Assembly (NCBI GenBank): GCA_964346295.1
Contig: CAYFUG010000001.1
Location: 20,325-84,324, forward strand
Direction: 5' to 3'
From: an uncultured Bdellovibrionales bacterium
Lineage (GTDB): Bacteria; Patescibacteriota; Minisyncoccia; Moranbacterales; DUUL01
DNA length: 64,000 nt
In this document: positions 59,059 to 64,000 of the stretch, in pieces
Position numbering within the stretch: position 1 is the first letter of the stretch
How the letters are laid out: the number at the start of each line of letters is the position of its first letter
Position numbers and translations under genes: made by a program
Notes under the pieces: generated by a model
Database searches by the model: none
What the model was told of the DNA's origin: nothing
The model's input: only the letters and a program-made list of their open reading frames with translations

Positions 59059-59069
59059 ATAGGCGGCAA

Positions 59070-59112
59070 CACCCCGTTCGGAGAACCACTTTCCGAGCGG
59101 GGTGGTTTTTTT
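59070..59112 (+). terminator. Intrinsic terminator
   Basis: CACCCCGTTCGGA...TCCGAGCGGGGTG followed by a T-run. Confidence 0.8.
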
Positions 59113-59199
59113 ATTTTAAGCCCCACCTTCTCTCTGTATCTCTCCTATTACTTGCCTCCTCCTCTCCCCTTGACAATTTCCACCATTGAGCTATTTTTA

Positions 59200-59290
59200 A
59201 AGGCTTTCTGGGGAGTTTTTCCCTCCTTTTATCCTCGGAAAGCAAGCGCCTTGATCACCTCAACGAGGGAGGTCGAGGCGCTTTTTCTTT
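59200..59290 (+). ncRNA. Candidate small RNA with an anti-Shine-Dalgarno loop
   Basis: TTGACA-N16-TATTTT (59170-59197); stem GCTTTCTGGG/CTCGGAAAGC with loop containing TTCCCTCCTTTT; terminator AAGCGCCTTGA..TCGAGGCGCTTTTT; no ORF seen. Confidence 0.45.
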
Positions 59291-59641
59291 GCCTATCATT
59301 CGCCTACAAAAAACAAGTTCTTGCCAAAAAGCCAAAAAGTTACTCTCTCAAATCCTTCAAATCCCCTTCCGGCTAAAGCTGCCCTTGTCATTTTTTCCTC
59401 TTTCGCTATAATTACTCTTAGCGATTCACAAGCAGCTCTGCAAATCAGATCTGCGAACTGAAGCAAACAGAACATTAAAATATCTACCATACTAGACAAC
59501 GGGAGGGGGTTGTTGTTTTTTGCTTTTTGTAGATTAAACACCACGAATTGTTTATAAGTTGTTTATAAGTTGAAAATTCATGACTCTAGTGTAAATTAAT
59601 CCGAGCTAAGACTATCCCAGTATTAGGCAAATTGTCCTAAC

Positions 59642-59752
59642 TGTCATTCCCGCGACTGTGTGCCTACCGAAGCATTGCGAAGGGGCAAGGCGGGAATCTA
59701 GGATTAATCCACTGGAATCCACTGGATCCCCGCTTTTGCGAGGATGATGACA
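59642..59752. repeat. GTCATTCCCGCG...GCGGGAATC (dRS3-like) REP with internal insert
   Basis: TGTCATTCCCGCGA[insert]AGGCGGGAATC...GGATCCCCGCTTTTGCGAGGATGA; a degenerate relative lies near 56847-56885. Confidence 0.65.
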
Positions 59753-59906
59753 CAAACGCATAAGTCCTAAGCTTGCTAGATTGAGCAGTTAAAAATATAA
59801 CCAAAGGTCGAGGGCACTTTACCAGGTTTAGCCTTTAAAAAACTTGGATTTATTTAGAAAAATTAGGAGGGAAAAATTTAACTAACACAATAATAAAATA
59901 ATCAAA

Positions 59907-60027
59907 GGGACTTGCATATTTTAGGAAATTTTTAGGCAAACTCGAGCAGCGAGCGAAGTGTACTGAAAGGTACGGTGAGCGAGTAGCGGAGAGTTTAACA
60001 CCAAAATTTTCAAAATAGGAAAGTCCC
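59907..60027 (+). repeat. Rod-hairpin repeat family A, copy 5
   Basis: GGGACTT..AAATTTTTAGGC..GTGTACTGAAAGGTACGGTGAGCGAGTAGCGGAGAGTTTAACACCAAAATTTTCAAAA..AAGTCCC. Confidence 0.85.
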
Positions 60028-60036
60028 CACACCTTA

Positions 60037-60783
60037 ATGAAAAAAATTCTAGCTAGTTTTGTAGCCCTTTTAGCTGCTTTGGCAGTTACTGGCTACGGAA
60101 CTTACGCCCTTTGGAGCGACACCGAGACATCCACCGGAAACACCATTACCGCCGGAAGTTTAGACTTATCAGTGCCCGAAACTTTCATTGCCGTAGCTGC
60201 TGTTTCTGCTGACTTTGACGGCGACGGAACCGACGACTACACCACTGCCGTTTACCCAGGAGTAGGTTACTTTGGAACCGCTGACGGACCTCAAGCTGAT
60301 TCCATGATTTCCTTAACAAGCGACACTGCCACTTATGGAACTTACAATGGTGACGGAATGGGCGCCAAAAACTATGACTATGTTCCTGTTATTAACAACG
60401 GAACTATTGATGGACAGTTAACAGTAGAAGTTGGTGCTGTCTCAGATGAAGAGAACGGCCAAACCAGCGCTGAACTAGTACCTGGAGTAGACGGAACTCC
60501 TAATGTTGGGGAGCTTAGCCCATATGTAGAAATTCGCTTTCACATTGATGTAGACGGCGATGAAACCTACGAAGACACTACCGGATGGCAAGCAATCTCC
60601 AGTGCTCCTAATACCTCAACCAATCCACTTTGGAATTTTGCCAATACCGCAATTATTCCGGCTCAAAACTCTGCTAATCCTGCTCGTCTTATGATGGAAT
60701 ACCGAGTAGACAGTGCTGCTGGCAATGACACCATGACCGACACTGTAGATTTTGAACTTATCTACGATTTCCAACAAATCTAG
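60037..60783 (+). CDS. TasA/CalY-family protein with SipW-class signal peptide
   Basis: MKKIL...GTYA|LWSDTETSTGNTITAGSLDL, N.GTIDG.L and AGND..TD...F.L.YDFQQ. Confidence 0.85.
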   Translation: MKKILASFVALLAALAVTGYGTYALWSDTETSTGNTITAGSLDLSVPETFIAVAAVSADFDGDGTDDYTTAVYPGVGYFGTADGPQADSMISLTSDTATYGTYNGDGMGAKNYDYVPVINNGTIDGQLTVEVGAVSDEENGQTSAELVPGVDGTPNVGELSPYVEIRFHIDVDGDETYEDTTGWQAISSAPNTSTNPLWNFANTAIIPAQNSANPARLMMEYRVDSAAGNDTMTDTVDFELIYDFQQI

Positions 60784-60925
60784 TTTGGTCTAAGAATTTG
60801 ACCTAAAAACTAGATCTATTTCCCATCCCGCGGAAGCCTGGGCCAAACCAGTCTCAGGCTTCCCTCTTGGGGAAAATATCAGTCAATAATCTAATTTTAA
60901 AAATAAAAATAAAATTTTAAAAATT

Positions 60926-61228
60926 ATGGAATTAGTAATCAGCTTGTTTGCTACCTACATATCCTCTTTGATCGGACTTTGGATTATCGTAATGCTCTTT
61001 AGCCCTAATATGCCCGGAAAAATTACCAAAGTAGCCGTTCTGGCAGCTATAGTCTCCTTGGCAGGTCTCCTGTCAGTGCTACTTGGATCTTTGGGAGCTC
61101 TTTTATCCTTGGTAATCAATCTAATAGCCATCACCAGCATTCTCAAATATGACTTCCTCTCGGCCTTTTTAACTTTAATCGGCCTATCAATCATCCAGTA
61201 CTTAATAATGTTTGGGATGGTTGGCTAA
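60926..61228 (+). CDS. Small four-TM membrane protein
   Basis: Entirely hydrophobic 100-aa ORF between the tasA-like gene and sipW. Confidence 0.6.
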   Translation: MELVISLFATYISSLIGLWIIVMLFSPNMPGKITKVAVLAAIVSLAGLLSVLLGSLGALLSLVINLIAITSILKYDFLSAFLTLIGLSIIQYLIMFGMVG

Positions 61229-61276
61229 TCAATTCCGAAACCTTCTCCCTTTGACCTCTTTAATCTTCCCCTTTTC

Positions 61277-61885
61277 ATGAAAAAACTCTCTAATTGGATC
61301 ATCAACCTCATCTTTGTCCTCTCTTTGGCAATTGCCTTGTTTTTTATCCTGGCTCGTTTCGTGCCCCAGTTCGGCTATAACATTTTTGCCGTCCGTAGTG
61401 GATCCATGGAACCAGCCATTAAAAAATGGGATCTCATTATCACTCAAAAACAAGACCATTACCAAACAGAAGACATTATTACCTTTCGCCGAGATCATAA
61501 AACCGTAATCACTCACCGCATTATTGAAGTCCAAAAAGAAGGCGGCCAGTGCGATTTTATAACTAAAGGAGACGCCAACCAAGATCCGGATCGTAAAGAT
61601 GTTCCGGAAAGAAGAGTGCTTGGCAAGATGGTAACTCGGATTCCTTGGATTGGCATCAGTTTTAATTATCGCCGCCAACTCCTAGCCGGAGCCGCTCTCT
61701 TAGCAGTTATCGCCGCCGGCTTTTACCTCTCTAACATTAAGAAAAATTTCGATAATAGCAAGCCAAAATCCCGAGTTGATAAGTCTAACCAAACTAAGCC
61801 GAAAGACTCTCCGGCACCAAACCCAGAACAGTCAAAGAGTCAGGTCAACCAAAATCCTGAAAATAGACCGGGACCCTTCGCCTAG
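61277..61885 (+). CDS. sipW: Signal peptidase I, SipW/ER type
   Basis: V.SGSMEP.I..WDL, DIITF, ITHRI and TKGDAN...D (Ser-His type). Confidence 0.92.
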   Translation: MKKLSNWIINLIFVLSLAIALFFILARFVPQFGYNIFAVRSGSMEPAIKKWDLIITQKQDHYQTEDIITFRRDHKTVITHRIIEVQKEGGQCDFITKGDANQDPDRKDVPERRVLGKMVTRIPWIGISFNYRRQLLAGAALLAVIAAGFYLSNIKKNFDNSKPKSRVDKSNQTKPKDSPAPNPEQSKSQVNQNPENRPGPFA

Positions 61886-61932
61886 AAACAGCAATCTTCA
61901 TTTAACATAAACAATTTCTAATTATACCCTCC

Positions 61933-64000
61933 ATGATTCCCTTTAAAAAATTCTGGAAGCACTCTCTTCGTGTCACTTCAGTTTGGCTCTCTATTGGAGC
62001 CTTGCTACTACTGAGCTTCCCTGGATCCTCTCAAGCCGCCTACAGCAACCGCGTCACCTCTTCTGGCGGCGGAGAGAAAATGAGCGCCGGCAGCATCGAC
62101 GCCGAGTTAAACTTGGTTACCGACTTCAAAGCTCTCCCCATCGAAGCAGGCTCAACCAACTACGCTGAACTAGAAATCATCAATTCTGGGATCTTGGGGC
62201 TAACCTACCAATCAACTAGCCAAAAAACTTCCGGGTCTGACAACCTCTACCAAAATTTAGAAGCAGAATTGATTCAAGACGGAGTCACCCAGTGGACCGG
62301 TTTCTTACAAGACCTAGATTTCACCTCCCCGGAACTTGCCTCCACCGATCTCCATCAACTCAGAATCGAAGTTTCTCTTCCGGCAGATTCCACCTCCAGC
62401 CTGGAGGAGCTTGATTGTGAATTTGAAATCAACTTCCTCGCCTCCCAGCCCGACGCCTTAGGCGGCTGGACCGACCAAGAGACCCTCCCTGGTCAAAGCC
62501 TCTCCTCGGGCGATTGGACCGCTCCCGAAGTTCCAGAAAATTTAGGTTTTAATGTTGCCAGTGAATCTGAAACCCCTAACGAAGGCAATCCAGTGGCCTC
62601 TGATTTAGATTTAAATTGCACCACTACCGGCAAAGTTTACACCAACGAAAACAGTGTGGCTCATAATTGGAGCGACGAATCCGATTCTGATTTGGGACCT
62701 GTTAAATACGAACGCCTGGTGACTTATCCCGACGGAAGAACCGGAGTTTTTGGTCCCTTGGAAAATAATTACACCGATTTCTCTTCTTTTGGGGGAGGAG
62801 GTGGTACCGAAGGCACTTGGGGCGTCCAAGTTCGTTCCTATGATGACACTGCTAACTATTCCGCCTGGTCTGATAAATGCGAGATTGTTTATGACAAAAC
62901 CTCTCCCACTGTAGCAATTACCAATCCCGCTGACGGCGATCCCCTGGAGGGTCTTGTTAATATCCGAGGAACCGTAGAAGATGCCAATCCTCACCACTAT
63001 TATCTAGTGATAACAGATAGCAATGGTAATAAAATTGGCCCCGGCACCGTTAACGAAACTGCTTCCTTTGCTGATAAAGTGCTCTACAACTGGAACACCG
63101 CGGAATACCCCGATGGAGACTATGTGATTGAACTAGCCGCCCGAGACAGCGCCGGCAACCGCTACCCCACCTCCGGTAATATCGAAGTCAATGTCACCGT
63201 TGACAATCCCCTAAAAATCACCAATGTAACCTCTGAAACTCCTACTACCGGAACCACCAAGGGGACGGAAGGCGGTGAAAATTCCGTAGAGGTAGAAATC
63301 ACCTGGGACACCGATATTGCTGCCACTTCTCAAGTAGTTATTGACGACAAAAGCCACGCTCATATCGACGACTACTTTGACTCTACCGTTGAGGATTCTT
63401 CTTTAGTTACTTCCCACTCTCAAATCGCTTCAGGCCTCGCCAAGGACACCACCTACTATTACCGCGTCATTAGTAAAGATTCTGCCACTGGAACCAAAAT
63501 CGCCTCAAAAGAATACACTTTTATTTCAACCATTGGAGGAGAAGATGACCCAGCAGCTGATCCAGGCGAAATAGTAATGAATGAATTTTTGCCTAATCCC
63601 TCAAAGGGATCTTACCCTAGTGAAAATGCTTTGCCCCTAAAAGAAGGCGAATGGGTGGAGCTTTACAACACCACCGATAGTGAGATTGATTTGAAAAATT
63701 ACTACTTAGAAGACGACCCCGATAAAGGCGATCACACCATAATTATTGATAACACTCGCACCAAAAGCGGCGATACTCTGATTCCAGCTAATGGCTATCT
63801 AGTGGTCTATTTAAAAAATACTGCTGGTGCAGGATCAGTTGGGGCTATCCTCAACAACGAAGGTGACACTCTTAGTTTTTACAACAAAGACGACCAGTTA
63901 CTAGATGATTTCACCTACGACGGCGGAGGCTCGGATGTCCCGGAAGACAAAACTTTTGCTCGCTTGCCAGATGGCCACGGCCCCTGGATTGACCCAGAGC
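61933..64000 (+). CDS. Large exported protein (TasA-like N-terminus, Ig-like, Fn3 and lamin-tail domains); truncated by the window edge
   Basis: Open from ATG 61933 (MIPFKKFWK...SQA|AYSN...SAGSID); DGDYVIELAARDSAGN, GLAKDTTYYYRV and IVMNEFLPNP...EWVELYN. Confidence 0.85.
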   Translation, partial: MIPFKKFWKHSLRVTSVWLSIGALLLLSFPGSSQAAYSNRVTSSGGGEKMSAGSIDAELNLVTDFKALPIEAGSTNYAELEIINSGILGLTYQSTSQKTSGSDNLYQNLEAELIQDGVTQWTGFLQDLDFTSPELASTDLHQLRIEVSLPADSTSSLEELDCEFEINFLASQPDALGGWTDQETLPGQSLSSGDWTAPEVPENLGFNVASESETPNEGNPVASDLDLNCTTTGKVYTNENSVAHNWSDESDSDLGPVKYERLVTYPDGRTGVFGPLENNYTDFSSFGGGGGTEGTWGVQVRSYDDTANYSAWSDKCEIVYDKTSPTVAITNPADGDPLEGLVNIRGTVEDANPHHYYLVITDSNGNKIGPGTVNETASFADKVLYNWNTAEYPDGDYVIELAARDSAGNRYPTSGNIEVNVTVDNPLKITNVTSETPTTGTTKGTEGGENSVEVEITWDTDIAATSQVVIDDKSHAHIDDYFDSTVEDSSLVTSHSQIASGLAKDTTYYYRVISKDSATGTKIASKEYTFISTIGGEDDPAADPGEIVMNEFLPNPSKGSYPSENALPLKEGEWVELYNTTDSEIDLKNYYLEDDPDKGDHTIIIDNTRTKSGDTLIPANGYLVVYLKNTAGAGSVGAILNNEGDTLSFYNKDDQLLDDFTYDGGGSDVPEDKTFARLPDGHGPWIDPE

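Noticed and set aside
42588-60027. Family-A repeats as a CRISPR array or hammerhead ribozymes
   Set aside because: The copies are dispersed with no regular spacers and no cas genes; the hammerhead CUGANGA/GAAA core arrangement was not found.

Overview
A bacterial chromosomal window, roughly 40% GC by eye. The gene content suggests a Patescibacteria/CPR (Parcubacteria-like) genome by inference: VirB2-like pilins, DUF4012, a short HrcA, lamin-tail surface proteins, and few Shine-Dalgarno sites. Housekeeping genes include tpiA, gpmI, rplI, ftsA-ftsZ, pheS, tyrS, purU and an hrcA-grpE-hsp20-dnaK heat-shock cluster with two CIRCE operators. Other loci are a surface-glycan cluster (GT-C-like membrane protein, GT4, flippase) containing an active-site-divergent RtcB and a Tmk-like kinase, a sucrose phosphorylase next to a group A [FeFe]-hydrogenase, several pilins, and a TasA/SipW-type fibre operon at the right edge. 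No rRNA, tRNA, CRISPR array or intact transposase was seen. The most unusual signals are: (1) the divergent RtcB in a glycosylation operon; (2) a four-helix-bundle gene bracketed by a 36-bp inverted repeat inside the heat-shock operon; (3) a double-NUDIX-GrpE fusion; (4) a family of 120-150 bp rod-hairpin repeats, all in one orientation, plus 16-33 bp mostly palindromic inserts nested in several different repeat types; and (5) self-contained small-gene units with strong SD sites next to a candidate sRNA that displays an anti-SD loop. All calls are by eye, with no database searches run.
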